DNA from: an uncultured Candidatus Saccharibacteria bacterium
GTDB lineage: Bacteria; Patescibacteriota; Saccharimonadia; Saccharimonadales; Saccharimonadaceae
Direction: 5' to 3'
DNA: 64,000 nt
Assembly (NCBI GenBank): GCA_945873065.1
Contig: CAMCBN010000003.1
Location: 5,166-69,165 of the forward strand
The notes under the pieces are model-generated. The model was not told the DNA's origin, did no database searches, and was given only the letters and a program-made list of their open reading frames with translations. Shown piece by piece: positions 39,001-47,752 of this stretch. The position numbers were made by a program, and so were the translations under genes. Positions within the stretch are counted from its first letter, which is position 1; each line of letters begins with the position of its first letter.

Positions 39001-39367
39001 CACTGTCACCGATTACAAAACCGGCCGCCCCGTCACATCCTGGCAGGGTCACGATGACTACACCAAATATAAGCTTCATCGTTATAAGCAACAGTTGATG
39101 TTCTACGAGCTGCTGGTACGTCATTCACGTGATTACACCCGTTACGAATTCACCGAAGCACGGCTACAATTTGTCGAACCCGACCAAGAAGGGCAAATTC
39201 ACCAGCTGACTGCACATTTCAGTGAAGCAGATCTAACCGAGTTTGCTCGATTACTCACCGTAGTATGGCGGCATATCATGGCATTAGATATGCCAGATAT
39301 CAGTGGTTATTCTGCAGACTATAAAGGTATGCAGGCCTTCGAACAAGACCTCATAAAAGAATACTAA
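36044..39367 (+). CDS. UvrD/PcrA-like helicase with C-terminal PD-(D/E)XK nuclease domain
   Basis: AGPGTGKT, LTFT, VDEFQD, VGDDDQAIYSFQGA, NYRS, TAHKAKGLEF, FVAMTRAK; C-terminal GTLDLVD...TDYKTG. Confidence 0.93.
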   Translation: MTDFSTRYSHLNTHQRQAVDDIDGPLLVIAGPGTGKTELLSMRTANILRQTDTLPENILCLTFTESGAMAMRQRLRSIIGADAYRVAIHTFHSFGSEVINQYREYFYHGAQVEPIDELGTLAILDDIFQQLDHRNPLSSKQGEKYTYLRDTSRSISELKQAGLSRKELLRVIEADEALLDEVEPALTEVFANRITKQIAGKLAPIAGQAAQLSLPSLPPAIPPLADSFSLSLARAIDESLASDKTTPITAWRNHWLEKNNTGDYIMKDRKRLAKLRALADIYQSYLDILTENCLIDYDDMIFELVQAMQSQPELRYNLQERYQYIMVDEFQDTNLAQLRILFALTDNPVHEGKPNIMAVGDDDQAIYSFQGADVGNIHRFRQQYRQVKLIALTDNYRSSPAILAAARSVITQGSDRLEAVVNELDKTLSAHHMPEYSTVQLHQLPSTIAERHWLVQQIRQQISSGIPAEDIAVIARRHSELTALVPYLQAADIKVNYERRNNILDLPIIRLIDLIMRLLCAIADGDIGLVDSLLPQLLAQPALGFDSQDVWKLSLRAWRNHQSWTEAMMATTTFRPLIIWLIELAQQSQTTPFELIIDRIIGAPEQPTDDAHQANQPVDSEPLYVSPIYQYYFSPEKIQQKPDSYITHLEALRTFRQHLVDNIGSWSFFSLREALSFLDMHYGFNLPITSIQLRAETNRDHINLMTAHKAKGLEFPHVYICGATDNAWGRTVRSPQRVINYPDNLTIAPAGSSYDERLRLFFVAMTRAKDTLHISYSQQNDAGRATLPASFLEATELSAEIVDSNDSIASISQQLTTDWRGHFAESNSPELRQLLQPLLEQYKLSATDLTTFLDVVHGGPTTFLVNNLLHFPRERSAYALYGTTIHHVLQRAHSHLSATGNTRPTEDILGDFQYEMQRQPLDDNKRAYFTKKGLDSLSVFLQQQSDTFRPDQKTELSFASQGVVLSEVRLTGTLDLVDIDSNRGTITVTDYKTGRPVTSWQGHDDYTKYKLHRYKQQLMFYELLVRHSRDYTRYEFTEARLQFVEPDQEGQIHQLTAHFSEADLTEFARLLTVVWRHIMALDMPDISGYSADYKGMQAFEQDLIKEY

Positions 39368-39395
39368 CTGCGAGCCATAGCACTTCTATGCGAGC

Positions 39396-39427
39396 TTGAT
39401 TCTTTATTCGTATAGTGATATAAATAT
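39396..39427 (+). promoter_or_regulatory. Cassette-type promoter (TTGATT-N17-TATAAA, extended -10)
   Basis: TTGATT 39396-39401; TGATATAAATAT; resembles 15607 and 19524 promoters. Confidence 0.6.
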
Positions 39428-39586
39428 TAATAGCTCTATGAGCGGACTCTGACCTTGCGCCAGATGCGCGAGATCCCGGAAGCGCTCTGCACGAGAGCGT
39501 TTTTTGGAGAGGGATTCGCCGACAACCGCCGTCCGGGAGATTCCCGGTCGGCCGCCGCAACTCGCGGCAGAAAGGGGGTGATCCCC

Positions 39587-39739
39587 ATGAGTTGTAACCC
39601 ATGTACCCGCATGGGCTACTCGGGCACGAAGACGTGCCCTAGTTGTCGAGGGACGGGCAAAAAGTCCCTCGGGTACCGTTGCGATAACTGCAACGGTACT
39701 GGGCAGGTCTGCCTCCAGTGCGGAGGCAAAAATGCCTGA
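39587..39739 (+). CDS. 50-aa Cys-rich small protein with DnaJ-type zinc-finger repeats
   Basis: CNPC, CPSCRGTG, CDNCNGTG, CLQCGG; strong SD AAGGGGGTGAT 39572-39582. Confidence 0.8.
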   Translation: MSCNPCTRMGYSGTKTCPSCRGTGKKSLGYRCDNCNGTGQVCLQCGGKNA

Positions 39740-39860
39740 TTAAATTTTTTGACGGTGCGGGTCGTGCCCCCGCAACCCGCTGAGCCTCGAGCTCAGCAAC
39801 AGGGCGTCCGTCCGCCCCTGGTACGATTCGCCAGCTGGTTAAATCCGGAAAAGAATCACT

Positions 39861-39929
39861 GGGCGTGCATGGTGAAGGCAGAGTCCTAGAGACTCATAAG
39901 CCTCACGGGTTCGACTCCCGTCGCGTCCA
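39861..39929 (+). other. Degenerate tRNA-like element (Met/CAT-like loop, broken anticodon stem)
   Basis: Acceptor GGGCGTG/CGCGTCC + A; T-arm ACGGG-TTCGACT-CCCGT; CTCATAA loop present; only 69 nt, no encoded CCA. Confidence 0.7.
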
Positions 39930-40035
39930 CTGGAGATGGTGCAATGACGCATCGTCTTCTCAGGTGACTCGCGAGATTCACTCGTGAAAGTAACCCTACC
40001 AGGATACTCTCGAGCAGAGCCGCTTGAGTCACCAC

Positions 40036-40075
40036 CCCCCTACCTCAATGACGAGGTAGGGGGCTTTTCCTTTTT
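40036..40075 (+). terminator. Intrinsic terminator
   Basis: CCCCCTACCTC-aatgac-GAGGTAGGGGG followed by CTTTTCCTTTTT. Confidence 0.85.
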
Positions 40076-40097
40076 GTGCTACAATTAACTAACAGAT

Positions 40098-41174
40098 ATG
40101 AGTTCGTTTTGGAATGACCTGCCGCAGCCGTTTTTCGTCCTGGCGCCGATGGAGGCTGTCACTGATGTAGTGTTTCGCCAGGTTGTCAGGCGGGCAGGCG
40201 CACCGGATATCTTTTTCACGGAGTTTGCTAATGCTACTGGCTGGGTGCACGCTGGTGATAAGGCCATCGCTGGGCGGCTGATCAAAACCGACGATGAACA
40301 CCCGCTGGTGGCGCAAATTTGGGGTGGCGAGCCAGGCGATATGGAGCAATTTGCGCGCCACTGCCGAGAGCTTGGTTTTGATGGGATCGATATCAACATG
40401 GGTTGCCCGGCCAAAAGCGCTATCAAATCGGGCGGGGCGGCGCTTATCCGGAGGCCAGACGTCGCAGTGGCAGCAATTCGCGCCGCCAAAACCGCCGGGC
40501 TGCCAGTCAGCGTTAAAACACGTCTAGGTTACACGTATGCCGATGAATGGCGCGATTGGCTGCGGGTACTGCTCGAGCAAGACATCGTCAACTTAACGAT
40601 CCACCTGCGCACGAAAAGGGAGATGAGCAAGGTGCCGGCGCATTATGAACTCATCGACGAAATTGTCGCGCTGCGCGATGAAGTCGCACCCCAGACACTA
40701 CTGACTATCAACGGCGATATTCGCGACCGCGCGCACGGCCTGGAACTCGCCGCTCAGCACCCCGGCATAAACGGCATCATGATAGGCCGCGGCGTATTTC
40801 ATGATCCGTTTTGCTTTTCGAAATCTGCGAGCGGTATCGCTGAAAAAAATCTGGGCGCGAAGCCGGGACCCGGATTATTTTTCAGTGACACCCGAACAGA
40901 TAGAGAGCTGACGGGGCTTGATGCGCCCGTCACAGCCTCCTCGACAGAGGATATGTCCACTCCTCACAGAGCCGAACTCCTTGAACTGCTCCGCTATCAC
41001 CTCGACCTCTTTGATGAATACCAACCTGTTCTCGAACGCCCCTTCGAAACCCTGAAAAGATTTTTCAAAATCTACATCCGTGACTTCGATGGCGCTAAAG
41101 AGTTGCGCGATCAACTGATGCACACCAGGACAACTGACGAAGCGCGACACGTTTTGCGAAGCGGTAGGTTATAG
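40098..41174 (+). CDS. tRNA-dihydrouridine synthase (Dus family) with in-frame palindromic insertion
   Basis: LAPMEAVTD, FTEF, DINMGCP, VSVKTRLG, TIHLRT, INGDI, GIMIGRG. Confidence 0.93.
   Translation: MSSFWNDLPQPFFVLAPMEAVTDVVFRQVVRRAGAPDIFFTEFANATGWVHAGDKAIAGRLIKTDDEHPLVAQIWGGEPGDMEQFARHCRELGFDGIDINMGCPAKSAIKSGGAALIRRPDVAVAAIRAAKTAGLPVSVKTRLGYTYADEWRDWLRVLLEQDIVNLTIHLRTKREMSKVPAHYELIDEIVALRDEVAPQTLLTINGDIRDRAHGLELAAQHPGINGIMIGRGVFHDPFCFSKSASGIAEKNLGAKPGPGLFFSDTRTDRELTGLDAPVTASSTEDMSTPHRAELLELLRYHLDLFDEYQPVLERPFETLKRFFKIYIRDFDGAKELRDQLMHTRTTDEARHVLRSGRL
40833..40932 (+). repeat. In-frame palindromic element in dus (GCGAAGC apex)
   Basis: Imperfect long stem 40833-40855/40869-40892 with GCGAAGC 40857-40863 in the loop; second hairpin TGACGGG/CCCGTCA 40909-40932. 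Confidence 0.8.
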
Positions 41175-41228
41175 TGGATTTTGAATTTCATTGTTGCCTT
41201 CATTGATTATTTGTGATCTAATGTATAT

Positions 41229-42074
41229 ATGGTGTATATTGAACGTTGGCCGACCAGCTTCATTGACCCGCAGACAGCCCAAGAAGGGTTAATGCCTGCT
41301 CTAAATAATCTACCAGAGGGGCATATTTTGTTGGTATCAGACCAAACAAAAGATATATCTGGTGTAGCCCAAGAAGTCACATTCGCCGAGCGCCCCGATT
41401 ACGAACAGGGCCGAGAACACAGTATGCACGAAGTTCATTTCGCTGATATGTCAGCCATAGGCAAGGACGACTCTACACTATCTGTACAGCCTGTTGCTAT
41501 CAAGCCGTATCCAAAGAGTTGGCCGTGGCTAGCCGAGCACGATTATGTTATTAGCAAAAAACTTAACGATCAGCACAACCGACAGATTGCTTACTCGACT
41601 ATCGGCTTCACTCGTTGGCACGGAATAGTCAGCAGCCTCACGCAATTCGAACAGGGCGTCACTAGTTGCGATAATCTACTATGGAAAGGTGAGAAACACC
41701 CCACCACACCTGAAGACATTCGACTAGCTCTAGGCGTGGCCGCTCAGACTTTGGTATTTTTGCATGATCTAGGCATGGTTCATGGTGATTTCGCTGTTCG
41801 CAATACTGCTTATGACTCGACTATGCAGTTCCGCGTCATTGACGTGACGACCACGCACCCAGACAAAACCCCAGACGAATTTTGTAGCGACATCTCTGCG
41901 TACATCGAGTCTATATCTGATCATACATGGGGGAACTCTGCTGTCAACAACCAACAGATAGCCGAATTATTCCTCGCCCCCTACAGAAAGACCGCTCCAG
42001 ACATCCTACCGAAATCTGCTCGTCTAGACATCACGAGATATGTCGACGCATTGATGCGCCATTACGATAAATAA
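41229..42074 (+). CDS. Hypothetical protein with protein-kinase-like catalytic motifs
   Basis: VAIKPY, LHDLGMVHGDFAVRN, VIDV resemble kinase subdomains II, VIb, VII. Confidence 0.6.
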   Translation: MVYIERWPTSFIDPQTAQEGLMPALNNLPEGHILLVSDQTKDISGVAQEVTFAERPDYEQGREHSMHEVHFADMSAIGKDDSTLSVQPVAIKPYPKSWPWLAEHDYVISKKLNDQHNRQIAYSTIGFTRWHGIVSSLTQFEQGVTSCDNLLWKGEKHPTTPEDIRLALGVAAQTLVFLHDLGMVHGDFAVRNTAYDSTMQFRVIDVTTTHPDKTPDEFCSDISAYIESISDHTWGNSAVNNQQIAELFLAPYRKTAPDILPKSARLDITRYVDALMRHYDK

Positions 42075-42210
42075 GACTCCAGGACAGTACAAAAGCGCCT
42101 CCGGGCATTATTCGGCAAATCTGACCGTTCCGTTCTAAGGCAACCATCAGTGCACACCCCGATAACACCTCGTGCAGTAGGTATATTGTCGAAGATACAT
42201 CATGACCAGA

Positions 42211-42636
42211 TCACTGGCGGCGATGTCGTCGTCGCAAATTGGCTACCTGCAAACGCACCTTGTGGCGATCGACTAGCTGATGAGCTTTCTCTAGCTCGAC
42301 TTGATCGCTAGCGTTATCGCGTTGCTGCAAAGCTCGCTCAAGTGCTGCCTGACTTTCTGCCTCAATGATATCATCACCATGCTCGGCCTCGTCTACTAGA
42401 ATACGAACGCGCTTTTGGTCAATCTCGACTACACCACCACTGATAGCGAAAAATTCCAATCTGTCATCACTGTCGCCCTTATCATGGCGTACTGTCACCA
42501 CGCCAGGCACAGCTAATGTCACTAATGCTTCGTGACTAGGGAAGATCGATATCTCACCCTCGGGTGTCGGCAACATTACCTCATAGACTGTCTCGTGTAA
42601 TTTACTACCAGTGAGTGTGACTAGTTCTAATTCCAT
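42211..42636 (-). CDS. atpC: F1Fo ATP synthase epsilon subunit
   Basis: LPTPEGEISIFPSHEALVT, ISGGVVEI, ILVDEAE; own -10 (TATAGT) 6 nt before ATG. Confidence 0.93.
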   Translation of the reverse strand: MELELVTLTGSKLHETVYEVMLPTPEGEISIFPSHEALVTLAVPGVVTVRHDKGDSDDRLEFFAISGGVVEIDQKRVRILVDEAEHGDDIIEAESQAALERALQQRDNASDQVELEKAHQLVDRHKVRLQVANLRRRHRRQ

Positions 42637-42968
42637 GCTCCTACTATAGCAGAGGTGAGGCGAAAAAGCGAGGTGTTTTACCGGAGCAGATTCCCTAATC
42701 TACAAGTGTTATCACGACATAGCTAGTTTCGGAAAAGCGATAATTTTCTCGTATATGTTGAAAACCAGAGACATATGGCGGCGACACAGAACTCGTGCCA
42801 TACGCCCAGTGCTTTGGTGTCATAACAGGCCCAGCCTCGAATATAATGGACATTCTACGTAACGCGCCAACCCATTCCACTGCGACAAGGACCTAACATT
42901 TTTAGCTGGCGCTATGCAGGAAATCATGCGTAAGCTAAACGATGACACCGAAGAATAGATAATGAAAG

Positions 42969-43014
42969 CGGGGCGGGGAGCAATAGATGAACAGTTATCG
43001 CTCGACCCGCCCCG
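42969..43014 (-). terminator. GC-rich hairpin closing the 43044-43373 cassette
   Basis: CGGGGCGGG/CCCGCCCCG 9-bp stem plus inner GAGC/GCTC; TTTCATT follows on minus strand. Confidence 0.6.
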
Positions 43015-43043
43015 AGTGGTGGGGGAGATACCTGTACGCTAAG

Positions 43044-43373
43044 CTATAGAGCCAAGCCCCAGGCTAGCAGGGACACAAAGATCCCTATGGCAGCAGCTAC
43101 CGAGATCAGTAACATACCGATGGTTTGGGGTAGTTTTGCCGCCCCGAGTATGACTACTCCAAATAGTAGCCACACGACGTACATAACGAGCCAAGGTAGG
43201 TCGCTACGTGAAAATCCCGTTCCGCCGAAGTGAAACAGAATCAGCCAGCTCCCGAGTGGTACACCAGCCCAGGAGAAAACCCTAATCACCCAGAAGGGCA
43301 TGATTTTCACCCTTCTCTGAGTGAAAGAACGCATGGAGCGGGTATCCCATGCGTTCTTTTCATCATCTCGCAT
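43044..43373 (-). CDS. Small orphan membrane protein (109 aa, ~3 TM)
   Basis: Perfect SD AAAGGAGGTGAT; TTGACA-N17-AACACT upstream (43466-43438); hydrophobic helices. Confidence 0.75.
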   Translation of the reverse strand: MRDDEKNAWDTRSMRSFTQRRVKIMPFWVIRVFSWAGVPLGSWLILFHFGGTGFSRSDLPWLVMYVVWLLFGVVILGAAKLPQTIGMLLISVAAAIGIFVSLLAWGLAL

Positions 43374-43487
43374 GTGATCACCTCCTTTACGCGTATTCTA
43401 AATGGGCGACTTTCACCCGAATACCCCACCAACTGTAAGTGTTGCACGGCTCGTAATAATTGTCAAAGGTTCGCCACGGTATATCCA

Positions 43488-43520
43488 CAAAAAGATAGGC
43501 ACTCACATGAGTACCTATCT
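43488..43520 (-). terminator. Intrinsic terminator after atpD
   Basis: Minus strand AGATAGGTACTCA-tg-TGAGTGCCTATCT followed by TTTT. Confidence 0.75.
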
Positions 43521-43554
43521 ATCGCTTTTTATACCTAGGTGAAAACCGTGGTAG

Positions 43555-44934
<1,380 letters not shown>

Positions 44935-45057
44935 TTATTCCTCCTTCTTTCCGGCGAACGATCCATACACTCATACCAATTCTGTTGTGTTTATAACGAG
45001 GGTAACACTCACCCGACCCCTGTTATTAACGTCTCCTTTATCTGCTACTATTTTACA

Positions 45058-45303
45058 CTATTGTTGCTCGGTAGTATATACTTGCTCGACTCTACCCCGG
45101 AAAGCCAAATGATCTTCCTCTTCCCAGCCATATTTTGGCAAAGCGCTAGGCCGCCATTTTTCTAGAATATCATCCAAACGAGGCCGCCTACCACCCAGAC
45201 GAGCGAACAGGGTTCGAATCTGGCTATCACCGAGGCTCCTCCACTGCAGTGTTTGTAAGCAAAGTACTTCATCCTGAATCTGTGACGAAAATTTTTCACA
45301 CAT
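45058..45303 (-). CDS. Hypothetical 81-aa ORF inserted between atpG and atpD
   Basis: ATG 45303; frame stays open 28 codons beyond the TAG, to 44971; no motif recognised. Confidence 0.35.
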   Translation of the reverse strand: MCEKFSSQIQDEVLCLQTLQWRSLGDSQIRTLFARLGGRRPRLDDILEKWRPSALPKYGWEEEDHLAFRGRVEQVYTTEQQ

Positions 45304-45316
45304 ATATCCGATAAAA

Positions 45317-46201
45317 CTAGCCCATCGCCTCCACGCCAGCACTAATCTCGGTCAATTCCTGAGTGATAGCCCCCTGACGCTGCTTATTCATCTCGAGAGT
45401 CAAGTCATCGACCAGACTAGTAGCGTTATCTGTAGCATTTTTCATCGCTAACATCCGTTGGCTGTGCTCACTAGCACGAGCATCAAGGAGCGCTTGATAA
45501 AGGCGCGCACTAACCATCCGCCTAGCAACGGTGTCTAATACTGCCGCTGGGCTCGGCTCGAAGACAGCTTCATCATCAACTTGATCTTCTTTATCGATCA
45601 CCTCATGATCCTCAGCGTCGAGGCCAGCTGGTAGCAAGTGGATGACATCAGCTTGTTGTGTCATACTACTCTTAAATCGAGTAAAAATAACATCAACGGC
45701 ATCGACCTGCTTGTTGACGAACATATCGTGCGCTGTATCTAGTAGAGCCCGAAAAGCCGGACCGCTCGGATAATCTGGAAAATCCTCGTACACACCAGCG
45801 ACCTCTGTGTCTTTTAATCTAGCGACAAATTGCGCCGCCTTGCGGCCGACAGCAATAGTGGTGTTCGATATACCCGCTGCATCATCTTGGCGCAACAATT
45901 GTACGTAATGCTTGAGGACATTAGTATTATAAGCGCCAGCCAAACCTTTATCAGCGGCGATCACTACGATCAAACGACGCTGTACTGGCCGCTGCGCAAA
46001 TAATGGATGATGGTCTGTTACACCTTGGCGTGACAGATAACGCAATAATCCACGCGCTGCTCGGGTGTACGGCGCTGTAGTACGACTCAGTTCTTGCGAC
46101 CGACGCATTTTACTAGCCGCCACCATCTGCATAGCTTTGGTAATCTGTTTAGTGCTTTTGACTGATCGGATACGAGCTTTAAGTTGCTGAGTATTTGGCA
46201 T
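45317..46201 (-). CDS. atpG: F1Fo ATP synthase gamma subunit
   Basis: QITKAMQMVAASK, DKGLAGAYN, SEHSQRMLAMKNATDNA, RQGAITQEL. Confidence 0.97.
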   Translation of the reverse strand: MPNTQQLKARIRSVKSTKQITKAMQMVAASKMRRSQELSRTTAPYTRAARGLLRYLSRQGVTDHHPLFAQRPVQRRLIVVIAADKGLAGAYNTNVLKHYVQLLRQDDAAGISNTTIAVGRKAAQFVARLKDTEVAGVYEDFPDYPSGPAFRALLDTAHDMFVNKQVDAVDVIFTRFKSSMTQQADVIHLLPAGLDAEDHEVIDKEDQVDDEAVFEPSPAAVLDTVARRMVSARLYQALLDARASEHSQRMLAMKNATDNATSLVDDLTLEMNKQRQGAITQELTEISAGVEAMG

Positions 46202-46204
46202 GAT

Positions 46205-47740
46205 TTACTCCGCAAATTCTTTAGCTACTGCCATAGCGGTATTTTTGACAGTCTGAGCAATCGCTTCGTCCTGACCAAACTTATCGGTGCCTTCATTTAA
46301 TGTAATCATTTGCTCCTTCGACTCGACCCAGAGACGACCAAGTAGGGCAGACTGCGCATCTTTTATCTTGCTAGCTGGCACTTCATCGAAATAACCTTCG
46401 CTAACCGCCACGATACTCACTACCTGCTGCCAGACACTAAGTGGTTGATACTGCGACTGCTTGAGTAGCTCTGTCAAGCGTTGACCGCGGCTAATCTGCG
46501 CTTTGGTTTCGGCATCAAGATCGCTGCCAAATTGCGCAAAGCTAGCGAGCTCACGGAACTGACTGAGACCCAGCTTGAGGTTGCCGCTAACGCTCTTAAG
46601 AGCTTTAGTTTGCGCTGCACCACCGACACGCGACACCGAAAGTCCAGCGCTAATCGCCGGGCGAATACCCTGGTAGAACAAATCAGTTTCCATGAAGATC
46701 TGTCCATCGGTGATAGAAATCACATTGGTCGGAATATATGCTGAAATATCGCCAGCCTGCGTCTCGATGATCGGCAGTGCGGTGAGTGATCCAGCGCCTA
46801 GTTCGTCACTAACCTTGGCGCTACGCTCCAGCAGGCGCGAATGCAGATAAAATACATCACCCGGAAAAGCTTCCCGACCTGGTGGACGACGCAATAGCAA
46901 CGACATCTGGCGATAAGCTACTGCGTGCTTGGTCAGGTCATCGTAAATCATCAATGCGTGCTGGCTATTGTCGCGAAAATATTCGCCCATAGCTGTACCA
47001 GCGTATGGTGCCAAGTAGAGTAGGGAAGCCGGATCACTCGGGCTGGTCGCTACCACGATAGTCTGCTCCATCACACCTTCGGCTTTGAGCCGCTCGACCA
47101 AGCGAGCAATTTTGCTCAACTTTTGGCCAACTGCCACATAAATATTAACGACGCCGGTTTTCTGACGTGCCTGATTGATCATAGTGTCGATAGCGATCGC
47201 CGTCTTACCAGTCTGACGATCACCGATGATAAGCTCGCGCTGACCACGACCGATTGGGAACATTGCGTCAATGCTCATGATGCCAGTCATCAATGGTTCG
47301 TGAACGGATTTGCGCCCCATCACACCGACAGCTTCACGTTCGACTAAACCGCGCTGCTTGGTACTAATTTCTGGTCCACCATCTAGAGGTTGGCCAAGTG
47401 GATTAACCACGCGCCCGAGTAGCTCTGGACCGACTGGTACACTCAAGACCTCACCCTTGAGCTGGACCTTATCGCCAGCCGATACGCCTTGGTCGCTACC
47501 AAGTAATACCGCACCGATTTCATCTTCCATCAAGTTTAAAGCGAACGCTTCGACCACTCCATTAGCTGTCTGGATTTCCAGCACTTCACTGTAACCTGCC
47601 TCGCGCAAACCATGCACCCAAGCCACGCCATCACCCACGCGGGTGACTATGCCGACCTTTTCTAAACCTTCAGAGGCTTCCAGTCCAGCAATGGCTTGGC
47701 GTAAGCTCGCGGACAGCTCTGTTAATGCTATCTCTGCCAT
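46205..47740 (-). CDS. atpA: F1Fo ATP synthase alpha subunit
   Basis: [52 protein letters not shown]. Confidence 0.98.
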   Translation of the reverse strand: MAEIALTELSASLRQAIAGLEASEGLEKVGIVTRVGDGVAWVHGLREAGYSEVLEIQTANGVVEAFALNLMEDEIGAVLLGSDQGVSAGDKVQLKGEVLSVPVGPELLGRVVNPLGQPLDGGPEISTKQRGLVEREAVGVMGRKSVHEPLMTGIMSIDAMFPIGRGQRELIIGDRQTGKTAIAIDTMINQARQKTGVVNIYVAVGQKLSKIARLVERLKAEGVMEQTIVVATSPSDPASLLYLAPYAGTAMGEYFRDNSQHALMIYDDLTKHAVAYRQMSLLLRRPPGREAFPGDVFYLHSRLLERSAKVSDELGAGSLTALPIIETQAGDISAYIPTNVISITDGQIFMETDLFYQGIRPAISAGLSVSRVGGAAQTKALKSVSGNLKLGLSQFRELASFAQFGSDLDAETKAQISRGQRLTELLKQSQYQPLSVWQQVVSIVAVSEGYFDEVPASKIKDAQSALLGRLWVESKEQMITLNEGTDKFGQDEAIAQTVKNTAMAVAKEFAE

Positions 47741-47752
47741 ATATCTTCCTCG

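Larger units (their letters stand above)
39750..40075 (+). ncRNA. Highly structured non-coding region (hairpin chain, tRNA-like element, terminator)
   Basis: Hairpins GCTGAGC/GCTCAGC, CAGGGCG/CGCCCCTG, AGATGGTGC/GCATCGTCT, CGCGAG/CTCGTG, CTCGAGC/GCTTGAG and 11-bp terminal stem. Confidence 0.6.

Noticed and set aside
39861-39929. Calling the element a functional tRNA-Met
   Set aside because: Anticodon stem cannot pair around CTCATAA and the length is 69 nt; reported as tRNA-like instead.
42660-42960. Pseudogene or ORF 42695-42880 between atpC and the cassette
   Set aside because: Short open fragments in several frames with no recognisable homology or start signal.
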